Shown: positions 18,185 through 26,816, numbered from the stretch's first letter. The stretch: DNA of 64,000 nucleotides from an uncultured Clostridia bacterium (GCA_944376905.1 CALWEA010000007.1:168-64167), one strand, 5' to 3'. Numbers and translations: made by a program. Notes: a model not told the origin generated them from the sequence alone.

Positions 18185-20026
18185 TTAAATTTTACTTAAA
18201 AATTGAGCGTCTTTTTTGTCTGTAAGTTTGTTGGTTCGATAAAATTTTAATTTTTCATGATATTTTTTATAAAATATTGATATTGTTTTTAACAAACGTT
18301 CATCAATACGATTAAAATGTTCGTTATTTTTTAATTTTGAAACAACATCATCAACAGAATAAATTTGATTAGGATAACAACTTAAAGTTGTTTCTTTTAA
18401 ATCTGTTGTTGGATTATCATCAGTGTTTGAGTTTGTTTCATAACATTGTTGTTGAGAAGAATTAAAAAATTTTTTATAAGTAATATCTTGAATAAATTGA
18501 ATTCTTTGTTCTGTGGATAAATTAGAAATTATTTCCAACATATTTGTTGAAACAAAATCAATTCCAAAATATTTAGCAATTGCAATTTCAAGAGCAAAAA
18601 ATTCATTTTGTTTACTGCTGAAAGAAAATAAGTATTGTTGGTCTGTATCTTGATTTTGGGCAATAGATTCATCAAAATTGTTCGTTTCAGTTTTTTCTGT
18701 TTGATTTGAATGAATTGGTTCGAGGCGATAAAGAGAGGCCAGTTCATTAATTTTTTCATTATCATTTTCATTAAGTAGTTGGGTTTTTAATATAAAAATT
18801 TTATGTGTTTTAAGAAAAGGTTTAATTGCTTTATCATACATATATGTTTCAAATTGAATGTTTTTATAAAGATTAAGCGTTTGGGTAAATTCTTGTGAGT
18901 TTTCTTCAAACAGAGATTGTAAATTTTCCTGTGTATCTTGTAAGTTGCGAATTATTTTATATAATTTTTTTTTAAAACTTAAATATAAATCCATAGAAAC
19001 ATTAGATGTAACCAAATTTATACTATTGTTTTCTACTGCTTGGTTAATTATTCTATAAGGTTCAAATATTTTTCTATTTAATTTATATACTTTTGGCTCT
19101 CGTAACCTACACAAATATTCTGATGCAAGTAAAAATAGCGTTCTACTATCAACATAAAGATATTCAATGTTTTTTGATGAGTGAGATGAATTGGCATTTA
19201 TATTAGAATTATTTTTTTTGTTGCCATTATTTTGATTTTCAATAATATCAACATAATCTTTATAAGACAATAGTTTATAAGGAAGAACAGGGCTTGCTTG
19301 TTTGTTTTTATAATTTGAATTTATTTTAAATTGTTTTGATTGATTGCCTTGTGAGAATTCTATAAACTCATTGAAATCTAAAGGTTGTACAGAACTTTTT
19401 AAGATGTCATAATTAATACTTGAAATTGCTTCAGGAACATTATAGTGTGGTTGTTTTTTTATAAAGTCTTGGTCAAAAGTTAAAAAATCTAATCCCAAAA
19501 TAGTTGATTCTGCCATAGCGAGCGAGTCATGACTTAAATGTCCGCTTTTTTTCCTAATAAATGGTTTACTATGAATTAAAGATTTTTTTGAGGTATTTTC
19601 ATCTTCGTCTGTGTATTTACAACTATATGCATTAGCCAATTCAGTAGTCAAATTTTTAAATGCTAAAAAATAACTATCTTCAAAATAAGTAAATTTAATA
19701 TTGTCATTTTTTTGGATATATTCTTGAATCTGTTGTTTAATATTGTTTTTTTTATATAATTTAAAAACTTCTTGTTGAGATAAGTGTTGAGATTGGTTAG
19801 ATTTTATTGATTTAGAATCCAATCTTATTTCTTCATTAATTGTTGGAGTAATAATAAGTTCAATTTTTTTTGCTTTAATTAAATTGTTTAGCCATGTTAA
19901 TTTATTAAATTCTTCTTCACTAAGATTGGTTTGAATTAATTGTGCGTATGTTTGACATTTATCAATTATTGTTAAAAATAATAAAACATTAGTGTCAACA
20001 CAAATTTGTAGTGGGGTGGTTGTCAT
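18185..20026 (-). CDS. 613-aa protein with an intact N-terminal PIN domain and a second, degenerate PIN-like half
   Basis: The N-terminal half has ICVDTNVLLFL, TPTINEEIRL, SHDSLAMAES and LTFDQDF, so all four acidic positions are present. The C-terminal half has YLYVDSRTLFLL ... ALEIAIAKYFGIDFVSTNML, with acidic positions partly replaced. An Asn-rich linker joins them. The RBS is aaggag. Confidence 0.5.
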   Translation of the reverse strand: MTTTPLQICVDTNVLLFLTIIDKCQTYAQLIQTNLSEEEFNKLTWLNNLIKAKKIELIITPTINEEIRLDSKSIKSNQSQHLSQQEVFKLYKKNNIKQQIQEYIQKNDNIKFTYFEDSYFLAFKNLTTELANAYSCKYTDEDENTSKKSLIHSKPFIRKKSGHLSHDSLAMAESTILGLDFLTFDQDFIKKQPHYNVPEAISSINYDILKSSVQPLDFNEFIEFSQGNQSKQFKINSNYKNKQASPVLPYKLLSYKDYVDIIENQNNGNKKNNSNINANSSHSSKNIEYLYVDSRTLFLLASEYLCRLREPKVYKLNRKIFEPYRIINQAVENNSINLVTSNVSMDLYLSFKKKLYKIIRNLQDTQENLQSLFEENSQEFTQTLNLYKNIQFETYMYDKAIKPFLKTHKIFILKTQLLNENDNEKINELASLYRLEPIHSNQTEKTETNNFDESIAQNQDTDQQYLFSFSSKQNEFFALEIAIAKYFGIDFVSTNMLEIISNLSTEQRIQFIQDITYKKFFNSSQQQCYETNSNTDDNPTTDLKETTLSCYPNQIYSVDDVVSKLKNNEHFNRIDERLLKTISIFYKKYHEKLKFYRTNKLTDKKDAQFLSKI

Positions 20027-20416
20027 AAAAACTCCTTCTTTTACAAGTATTAAATGTTATTTAATAACTATATTGAATATTTTCAATCGTTTTAAACTAA
20101 AAAATTAATATTGTACCAATAACTTTTATTAAGTATCTTCCAAGATTATATCATAAAATTTTTAATTAGGCAATATATAAAATATTAAAATGTTAAAAAT
20201 CAAACATTTTAAAATCAAACGCTTAAAATCTAAATGAGCAGGAATAAAACAATTAAATATTAAGTTATGGTAAACTTATCACCTTATAGTAAAATATTAA
20301 AATTTTAAAATAATATAAATATATAATAAAAATAAAAAATAAATAAAGAAATAAAAAACAAAAAAGTAAATAATTTTAAAAATTAAAAAGGTAAATAATA
20401 TAAAAAATTTTATTTA

Positions 20417-20448
20417 AATAAAAAAAACAAGATAATTTTTCTTGTTTT
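20417..20448 (-). terminator. Terminator of the yhhQ-like gene
   Basis: The minus strand reads aaaacaag-aaaaattat-cttgttttttttt. Confidence 0.6.
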
Positions 20449-20675
20449 AATTTAAATTTTATTATTTTTTTTATTTTATTATTTTAATTAATTTGTTTAT
20501 TAATTTATTAATTAATTTATTTATTATTTTAATTTATTTTTTTATAATTTTATTAATGTAGCATTTTTTTATTTTTATAAATAATTTATTATTTTTTATA
20601 GTTTAATAAAGTTCTTGTTAAAAATTACATAAACAATTTTAATACAAAAAATTATATAATTTGTTTTTAATTAAA

Positions 20676-21641
20676 TTAAAAACTTTCTTTTTTTCTAATT
20701 AATTTTAATAGATTTTTTGTTATAGGAAAAACTATAATTTCAACTAACACTTTTATTGTCGCGATTGTTAAAACGAATTGAAGCAATCTGTCCCACGAAT
20801 AATATTGTGGAGCGAACAAGCAACAAAAGGTTATAAAAATCAAACTATCAAGTATTTCTGCAACTAATGTTGATAAAATTGCTCTTATAAAAAATTTTTT
20901 TTCGCCGTGTTTTTGTTTAAGTTTTGTCATTATAAAAGCATTAACAAGAGAACCGACAATATAAGCCAATATACTGGCAAAAGTTATACCAATAACCCCG
21001 CCACTAAAAAATCCAAAAACAGTTTGGTATTCAGTATATCCAGTTGGTAAAAGGGTTGTTAAAAACAAAAATACCATAGAAATAAGTGTTATAGTTAAGC
21101 CTATAAAAATTAATTTACGACATTGCTTAAAACCATATATTTCAACAAACAAATCACTAATAACATAAGAAATAGGGAAAAGTAATTCTGCGGCAGATAA
21201 ACTTATGAATCCACCAATATCCATGGTGTTTGATGCTGCTATGTTTGACAAAATAAGAATTACAACAAAAGCAACACTAAGCCAAACATAAGAAGATTTT
21301 ATGTATTGTTTATTATTATTATTTTTCAAATTATCTTCAAATTTCATTATATTGACATTTTTATTAGAATTTATCAATGTTGTTTTTTCTTTGTTGTTAT
21401 AATTGTTATTGTTTTTATTATTGTTGTTGTAATTGTCATTACTTTTATTACTGTTATTACTGTTATTACTGTTATCATTGTTATCATCAATTATAATGTT
21501 TGACTTGTTGTTATTTTTTATTTTTTTTATTTCATTTTTTTTATTATCAAATTCGTCAACAACAATATTTTTATTTTTGTCAAAAGAATTATTGTTGTTT
21601 CTGTTTTTATCTAAATTTTTAAACATTTTTACCTCAAACAT
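20676..21641 (-). CDS. yhhQ: YhhQ/Vut1-family (DUF165) queuosine-precursor transporter with an Asn-rich N-terminal extension of about 120 aa
   Basis: The C-terminal 200 aa read NIAASNTMDIGGFISLSAAELLFPISYVISDLFVEIYGFKQCRKLIFIGL..., typical of the YhhQ family. The N-terminus is NNNSFDKNKN...NNSNNSNNSNKSNDNYNNNNKNNNNYNN. Confidence 0.75.
   Translation of the reverse strand: MFEVKMFKNLDKNRNNNNSFDKNKNIVVDEFDNKKNEIKKIKNNNKSNIIIDDNNDNSNNSNNSNKSNDNYNNNNKNNNNYNNKEKTTLINSNKNVNIMKFEDNLKNNNNKQYIKSSYVWLSVAFVVILILSNIAASNTMDIGGFISLSAAELLFPISYVISDLFVEIYGFKQCRKLIFIGLTITLISMVFLFLTTLLPTGYTEYQTVFGFFSGGVIGITFASILAYIVGSLVNAFIMTKLKQKHGEKKFFIRAILSTLVAEILDSLIFITFCCLFAPQYYSWDRLLQFVLTIATIKVLVEIIVFPITKNLLKLIRKKESF
21447..21491 (-). 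repeat. In-frame 9-bp microsatellite in the yhhQ N-terminal extension
   Basis: attactgtt occurs three times exactly, followed by atcattgtt and atcatcaat. It encodes the (NSN)n stretch. Confidence 0.8.
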
Positions 21642-21852
21642 TTCAAAATTTTATTTTTTTTAAATAGTATATCAACTAATAAATAATAAGAATTAATAAT
21701 TTGAATTAATTATATAATGATAATTAAATTAAACTAATTACTAAATAATTGTTAAATAATTTTTTAATTATTTTTGTTTTGTTAATTGTAATTGCATATT
21801 TTAGATGTTAAATTATAAAAATTTTATTAATAAGAAATTTAATTTTATCAAA

Positions 21853-21920
21853 ACAAAATAAATAAGAAATGTAGTGTAATGTTATAACAAAATAAATAAG
21901 AAATATAGTGTAAGGTTATA
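21853..21920. repeat. 34-bp tandem duplication
   Basis: acaaaataaataagaaatgtagtgtaatgttata / acaaaataaataagaaatatagtgtaaggttata differ at 2 positions. Confidence 0.85.
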
Positions 21921-21926
21921 AATAAA

Positions 21927-21935
21927 TTATCCACA
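21927..21935 (+). promoter_or_regulatory. Perfect DnaA box TTATCCACA
   Basis: An exact 9-mer lies 6 nt after the 34-bp duplication. A single box may occur by chance. Confidence 0.3.
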
Positions 21936-22116
21936 CATCAAAAAACTATTAAAACAAAAATGCTTATAAAAATTTTAAGATATCTCAAAATATTTTATAA
22001 AGCATTATTGAATAAAAGTTGAAATATTCCAAAAAATTATAAACAATAAAAAGAATAATTAAATATATTATCATAAAATAATTAATTAAATTGTCATAAA
22101 ATAATGAAATAAATTA

Positions 22117-23091
22117 TCATATATCTTTCTTTTGAATAACCAAAAATCTTTTTGGTTCCTTACCGTAACTATGACTTTCTAAATCTTTAAATTTATAAAC
22201 AATTTTATGAACAAGTCTTCTTTCGTATGCACTCATAGGTTCAAGTTTAATACTTTTCCCAGTTTCTAAAACTTTTTTTGCCATACGATTTGCTAAACTT
22301 TCAATTGTTTGTTTGCGTTTTTGACGAAAACTATCAACATCTAAACGAATCTTTTTAGAATGGCGAGAAATGTGATTGTTAAAAACGGATAAAATATATT
22401 GAAGAGCATTAATAGTTTCGCCGTGTTCGCCAATCAATTTGTTGCAGTCTTCCCCAATTAAATCTATAAATATTTCATCATCATTTTCACGAGTTGAAAC
22501 ATCTATTTTTAAATTTGCTATATTTATAAAACCTGATAAAAAATTTTGTAATTTTTCAATTTGTTCTTCGTTATTGATTTTACCATTTAATTTTTTATTA
22601 GTTGCAGAATTATTTTCAAAAGAACTTAATTTTTTATTAGTTTTTTCATTGTTTTCTTTATTTTTATAATTATCATTTGAATTGCTGTTATCTAAAAAGT
22701 TGATATCCAAACTTTCTTTCCCTGAATTAGATTTTTTTGTATTATTTTTGATTGGGGCGTTTTGAGGGCAAAGAGATTTAGGTTGATTTTCAAGAGAATA
22801 ATCATCTTTTTGAATAGAGTTTGAATTGTTTTGGTTTGCATTTAAAGGTTGTTCATGATTGTTGTTTATTGATTTATTTTCTTGAATTTTCTTTAATGCA
22901 ACTATTGATTTTATTTTTTCGTTTTTATTTAAGTTTTCGTCTGGAACAGAAAGTAAAACTTTCGCCTTTTTTAAAAATCCGCCAGTTTCTAAGATTTTAA
23001 TATCAACATCATCTTGTTTAAGCCCAAGTTCTTTTAATCCCAAAGCAATTGCTTTTTGTGGATTTTTTGCTGTAAATTCAATTTCAAACAT
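22117..23091 (-). CDS. jag: Jag/KhpB (SpoIIIJ-associated) RNA-binding protein with an Asn-rich linker
   Basis: It has a Jag_N-like N-terminus (MFEIEFTAKNPQKAIALGLKELGLKQDDVDIKILETGG), a KH-like region and an R3H end (LEPMSAYERRLVHKIV...GKEPKRFLVIQKK). It lies directly downstream of yidC. Confidence 0.85.
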   Translation of the reverse strand: MFEIEFTAKNPQKAIALGLKELGLKQDDVDIKILETGGFLKKAKVLLSVPDENLNKNEKIKSIVALKKIQENKSINNNHEQPLNANQNNSNSIQKDDYSLENQPKSLCPQNAPIKNNTKKSNSGKESLDINFLDNSNSNDNYKNKENNEKTNKKLSSFENNSATNKKLNGKINNEEQIEKLQNFLSGFINIANLKIDVSTRENDDEIFIDLIGEDCNKLIGEHGETINALQYILSVFNNHISRHSKKIRLDVDSFRQKRKQTIESLANRMAKKVLETGKSIKLEPMSAYERRLVHKIVYKFKDLESHSYGKEPKRFLVIQKKDI

Positions 23092-23141
23092 AAAAACACA
23101 CCTTTCTTTTCTTTTAAGTTTTTTGTTTTAGTTTTATTTTA

Positions 23142-24224
23142 TTAATTTTTTCGACTATAATCAACGGTATTTTTTTGTGCTAACTTTTTATCTTTTTTAT
23201 CATAATAAATGTCTAATAACTTATCAATAATAGGGAAGGTTGCGAGTGAAACAACTTGTCCTGCAATAATATAAAGACCAAAAACGGCATTATAGAACAA
23301 TGTTATTATACCCATTATTATCGGTAAGATTATTAATAAAATTTTATTCGTTTGAGCGGTTGCAACCGCAGGTGAGCCACTTTCAATAGCCTTTTTCGCA
23401 TTTTTGCGGGCGGTATGTTTTTGCATCAAATATTGTGAAAGAAAAGATGTAGCAATTGCCAGTACGGCAGTTATAAGGTAGCCGTTAACACCTGCTTTTT
23501 CCTCGTTTAAAATTAGCATAACTTTTTCATAATCGTTTTTAAAGTTTTCTTTTTCGTCATCAGACAATTCTTTGTAACTAACACTTTCGCCATCTAAACT
23601 TAATCTAACTTGGTCACCAACTGAACTTAAATAAGAGTTAAAAGGTAGAATTGCGCTTGTCCAAGGATTATCTGCAACCCAAACATTTCGAATCCAAAGG
23701 AAATTGTCTTGAATTTCATCATATTTTAAAAGAACAGCGTTTTGTGCTTGATTAACTTTCTCTTCCTCACTTCCATCTGTTTGGGTGTAAGTTGTGTCAT
23801 AAGTGTCTTTTAGAATTAAATACTGTTGTTCAATTTTGTAACTAGACATAGAGTTTAGCGCACCAAAAAGTGTTAAGAAAATAACCATTGTTAAAATTAG
23901 GTTTAAAAGCATAATGAAACAAGAACCCATAATATTGTAACCGCTACTTTTATAAAGTTCCTGAGTTTTTTGATTTAAAACAGCCCTATCTCCACCATAT
24001 TGTTTTTGTAGTCTTGCTAGTTGTGGTGCGAGTGCGGTTTGCATTCTCATGTTATCACGTGCAACTTTTTTATTAAAAAAGTCCAAAGGAGTTAAAATTA
24101 TTTTAATACATATTGTTAAAACAATAATAGCCCAAGCATAATTAAATATAAAACTTTCGAAAAAAGATATTAACGATTGCCAAAATCCTGTTGGTTCGCT
24201 AACCATAAGAAAAATAAATTCCAA
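23142..24224 (-). CDS. yidC: YidC/SpoIIIJ membrane protein insertase
   Basis: KIILTPLDFFNKK, MQTALAPQLARLQKQYGGDR and several TM segments are present. It lies in the rnpA-yidD-yidC-jag context and carries an internal insert of about 100 aa. Confidence 0.85.
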   Translation of the reverse strand: MEFIFLMVSEPTGFWQSLISFFESFIFNYAWAIIVLTICIKIILTPLDFFNKKVARDNMRMQTALAPQLARLQKQYGGDRAVLNQKTQELYKSSGYNIMGSCFIMLLNLILTMVIFLTLFGALNSMSSYKIEQQYLILKDTYDTTYTQTDGSEEEKVNQAQNAVLLKYDEIQDNFLWIRNVWVADNPWTSAILPFNSYLSSVGDQVRLSLDGESVSYKELSDDEKENFKNDYEKVMLILNEEKAGVNGYLITAVLAIATSFLSQYLMQKHTARKNAKKAIESGSPAVATAQTNKILLIILPIIMGIITLFYNAVFGLYIIAGQVVSLATFPIIDKLLDIYYDKKDKKLAQKNTVDYSRKN

Positions 24225-24458
24225 ATTTTTGCTCCTTTAATTTATATTTTTTATAAAGCATATAGCATTTTTAATATTTTTAACAAAAAATGTATTTATT
24301 AAAAACAAATGCCTTGTTATTTATTTAGATATAAAAAATATAATCAAAATAATAACAATTGTTGAGATAATTTAATGTTGTGAGTAAGTTTGTGTAACAT
24401 AATAAATTATTTTATATTTTAAATTAATCAAAAAAATTAAAACATTTAAAAATTAAAA

Positions 24459-24743
24459 TTATATTAAATTTTTAAATTTGCCCCTAATATTATGAGGAAT
24501 AGGGTCATAGCCACCTTTAAAACGAGGTGAACATTTTAAAAGACGTTTAAGACCGAGTAAAATACCTTTAATAAAATGGAATTCCAAAATTGCTTGAATC
24601 ATAAACGTTGAGCAAGAAGGATAATAGCGACAAGTTTTAGGTTTAAGGGGTGAAATAAAAATTTTATAAAAATAAACCAAGCCAACGCATAAGTAATCAA
24701 AGGGCAATGCAATAAAAGAATAAATATTATAAAAAAAATTCAA
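24459..24743 (-). CDS. yidD: Membrane protein insertion efficiency factor YidD
   Basis: ISPLKPKTCRYYPSCSTFMIQAI...GILLGLKRLLKCSPRFKGGYDPIP is present. I place the start at TTG 24743, which overlaps the rnpA stop as TTGA. The track ORF extends to 24797 inside rnpA. Confidence 0.8.
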   Translation of the reverse strand: MNFFYNIYSFIALPFDYLCVGLVYFYKIFISPLKPKTCRYYPSCSTFMIQAILEFHFIKGILLGLKRLLKCSPRFKGGYDPIPHNIRGKFKNLI

Positions 24744-25078
24744 ACAAGCAAACCTGCCTTTTTTAAAATGTTTTCCATTTCTTGTTTTAAATCCCAAAAA
24801 GAAATTTTATCCAATCCAGGTTTAGCAACAAAGATATAATTAAAGTTAGGATTAACATTGTTTTGAATAAGTTTAAAGCATTCTCTAAGGCGTCTTTTAA
24901 CTAAATTTCTAACAACACTTTTTCCAATTTTTTTATTAACAGAAAAACCAACTTTAAAGGGTTGATAATAAGTTCGAACAAAAACAAGCGTCAAAAATTG
25001 CGTTTGTTTTGATTTACCTTTTTTATAGATAAACTTAAAATGTTTATTTTTAGTTAAACGATTTTCTTTTTTTAACAT
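24740..25078 (-). CDS. rnpA: RNase P protein component
   Basis: MLKKENRLTKNKHFKFIYKKGKSKQTQFLTLVF...KKIGKSVVRNLVKRRLRE is present. It lies directly downstream of rpmH. Confidence 0.9.
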   Translation of the reverse strand: MLKKENRLTKNKHFKFIYKKGKSKQTQFLTLVFVRTYYQPFKVGFSVNKKIGKSVVRNLVKRRLRECFKLIQNNVNPNFNYIFVAKPGLDKISFWDLKQEMENILKKAGLLV

Positions 25079-25239
25079 TTTAACACTCTTTAAAATTAAG
25101 TTTTAGACAATTAAACAATAGAACAATAAATATAATAAAAATAAAACCTTAACGGCTTTTATTAAATTTTAAATCAAGAATTGTCAAAAAAATAAAAACA
25201 ACAAATTAATGATAAATGAAATTAAGAAATCAAACAATA

Positions 25240-25380
25240 TTACGCATTAACTGTTAATTTTTTTCTACCTCTATTTCTGCGACGTTTAAGAACATTTCTT
25301 CCGCCTTGGGTTTTCATTCTTTCTCTAAACCCGTGAACTTTATTTTTATGTCTTTTCTTAGGTTGATAAGTTCTTTTCAT
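25240..25380 (-). CDS. rpmH: 50S ribosomal protein L34
   Basis: Too short for the ORF track. My translation is [46 protein letters not shown]. The RBS is aggagg. Confidence 0.95.
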   Translation of the reverse strand: MKRTYQPKKRHKNKVHGFRERMKTQGGRNVLKRRRNRGRKKLTVNA

Positions 25381-25418
25381 GATAGCCTCCTCTTACTATA
25401 AGATAAAATAACTAAACT

Positions 25419-25447
25419 ATTATACGTTAATAAACATTTGATGTCAA
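25419..25447 (-). promoter_or_regulatory. Sigma-A promoter for rpmH-rnpA
   Basis: The minus strand reads TTGACA (25447..25442), a 17-nt spacer, then TATAAT (25424..25419). Confidence 0.65.
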
Positions 25448-25707
25448 GAATTTTTTGATAACTAAAAAAAGAAAAGAAGATAAAATAAAAATAAAACTTA
25501 ATAATAACAATCTTTATGACAATTTTAATATTAATTTTTATAATAATTATAATAAAAATCTTAATAAAACAAAATTAATAAAAAAGTAAAAAAAAAATAA
25601 AGACCACAAGACCAAAAGAATTTTAAAAATATTGTTAATTGAAAAAAAATATGTTACAATAAAAATATAAAAAAGTAAAAAGGTTTAAACAAAAGGAGAA
25701 ATAAAAA

Positions 25708-26196
25708 ATGAATAAAAGGGAGAATTACATAAATTGGGAAGAATATTTTATGGGAGTTGCAATATTGTCTGCACAACGAAGTAAAGACCCCAATACTCAA
25801 GTTGGTTGTTGTATTGCAACGCCAGACAATATAATAGTTTCTGTTGGGTATAATGGCTTGCCAAGGGGTTGTAGTGATGATGAATATCCTTGGGGAAGAG
25901 AAGGGGATTTGGAAAAAACAAAATATCCTTATGTTGTTCATGCGGAATTGAATGCTATTTTAAACGCTGGGGGAAGAGATTTAAGAGGTTGTAAACTTTT
26001 TGTTGCACTCCACCCTTGTGAAAATTGTGCAAAAGCAATTATTCAAGCGGGTATAAAAGAAGTTTATTATTTGAGTGATAAATATGGTCAAACAACTGAG
26101 TTTCAAATATCAAAAAGAATGTTAAAAGATGCGGGAGTTAAAACAATAAAATTCAAAAGTAGATTTAAAAACTTAACATTAAAATTAGAGGAATAG
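25708..26196 (+). CDS. comEB: dCMP deaminase (ComEB-type cytidine/deoxycytidylate deaminase)
   Basis: Zinc motifs VHAELNAI and HPCENCAKAI are present, with NWEEYFMGVAILSAQRSKDP at the N-terminus. Confidence 0.85.
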   Translation: MNKRENYINWEEYFMGVAILSAQRSKDPNTQVGCCIATPDNIIVSVGYNGLPRGCSDDEYPWGREGDLEKTKYPYVVHAELNAILNAGGRDLRGCKLFVALHPCENCAKAIIQAGIKEVYYLSDKYGQTTEFQISKRMLKDAGVKTIKFKSRFKNLTLKLEE

Positions 26197-26214
26197 AAAA
26201 TTAAAAATTAAAAG

Positions 26215-26367
26215 TTATCCACTTATCCACAATGTTTGGGTGTGAAAATGTGGATAACTTTTTTTAAAATCTAAAAAAATTGTTGTAAATTATTGATAAA
26301 AAGAAAAAAATGTCGAAAAATTTTAAGAAAAAATAAAAATAACGAAATAATTTTAAATTTGTCCACA
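26215..26367. promoter_or_regulatory. Cluster of four DnaA-box 9-mers (oriC-like or DnaA-regulated); the first three also form a hairpin
   Basis: TTATCCACT 26215..26223, TTATCCACA 26223..26231, TGTGGATAA 26249..26257 (reverse orientation), and TTGTCCACA 26359..26367 (1 mismatch). In addition, AGTTATCCAC (26213..) and GTGGATAACT (..26259) form a 10-bp inverted repeat followed by T7. This could simply be the comEB terminator. Confidence 0.4.
26311..26317 (+). promoter_or_regulatory. Consensus Spo0A box (TGTCGAA) within the DnaA-box region
   Basis: The context is aaaTGTCGAAaaa. A one-mismatch copy aGTCGAA lies near 26770. Confidence 0.3.
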
Positions 26368-26619
26368 TTCAATAATTAAAAATCTATTAAAAATAAATTA
26401 CATTTATAATCTCTATTAATATTTATGTTCGTCATTTTTTAATAAAATAAAATTTTATAAAATTATCTGAATTTATAAAAAATAAAATAAAAATAAAAAA
26501 ATGAAGAATTATATTTGTTAAACAATAAAAATTGAAATAAACAAGAAATTTATAGTAAAGAAATTATGTTGTAGAAGTATTTAAAAATAGAATAACTAGT
26601 TAAAATATAATGAAAAAAA

Positions 26620-26816
26620 ACTGCGTATATATTATATAAATACGCAGTTTTTTTCATTGTACATTAAAGATTTTAGCAAAATTTTACATAATTAGTCAAC
26701 TTTTTTTTACTACTTTTTAGTACTTTTTTATTTTTTTTGCTAATTATGTTCTATTTATACATTAAAAATAGTCGAAAAGTTATTAATATTGCGTATTTAT
26801 ATAATATATACGCAGT
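26620..26816. repeat. Nested inverted repeat: two inverted copies of a 27-nt hairpin element about 140 bp apart
   Basis: ACTGCGTATATATTATATAAATACGCA starts at 26620 and its exact reverse complement ends at about 26816. Each copy is itself a hairpin (ctgcgtat/atacgcag). Inner arms acataattag (about 26684) and ctaattatgt (about 26741) share the same symmetry centre near 26717. The left copy is flanked by A8 and T7. Confidence 0.75.

Noticed and set aside
21306-21663. Two plus-strand ORFs (65 and 76 aa) rich in I/V/L/F.
   Set aside because: They are the reverse-strand reading of the Asn-rich yhhQ N-terminal extension, an artefact of AAT/AAC repeats.
21642-22116. A possible preQ1 riboswitch upstream of the YhhQ-type queuosine-precursor transporter, suggested by the string CAAAAAACTA near 21936.
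   Set aside because: The A-rich tail motif is on the plus strand while yhhQ is on the minus strand. No 5-bp P1 hairpin precedes it. The sequence is better explained as flanking the TTATCCACA DnaA box.
24744-24797. The 5' extension of the yidD ORF in the track (start at 24797).
   Set aside because: It would overlap the last 19 codons of rnpA. The extension (MGFKTRNGKHFKKGRFAC) is not part of conserved YidD, and a TTG overlapping the rnpA stop (TTGA) gives a normal-length protein.
26213-26266. Treating the inverted DnaA-box pair as proof of oriC.
   Set aside because: The 10-bp inverted repeat followed by T7 lies 17 nt after the comEB stop, so it is equally a plausible intrinsic terminator. 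I kept it as a hypothesis rather than a call.
26620-26816. Calling the nested inverted repeat a mobile element (MITE).
   Set aside because: No target-site duplication is visible at the ends, and I found no second copy of the 27-mer in this window. I report it as a repeat only.
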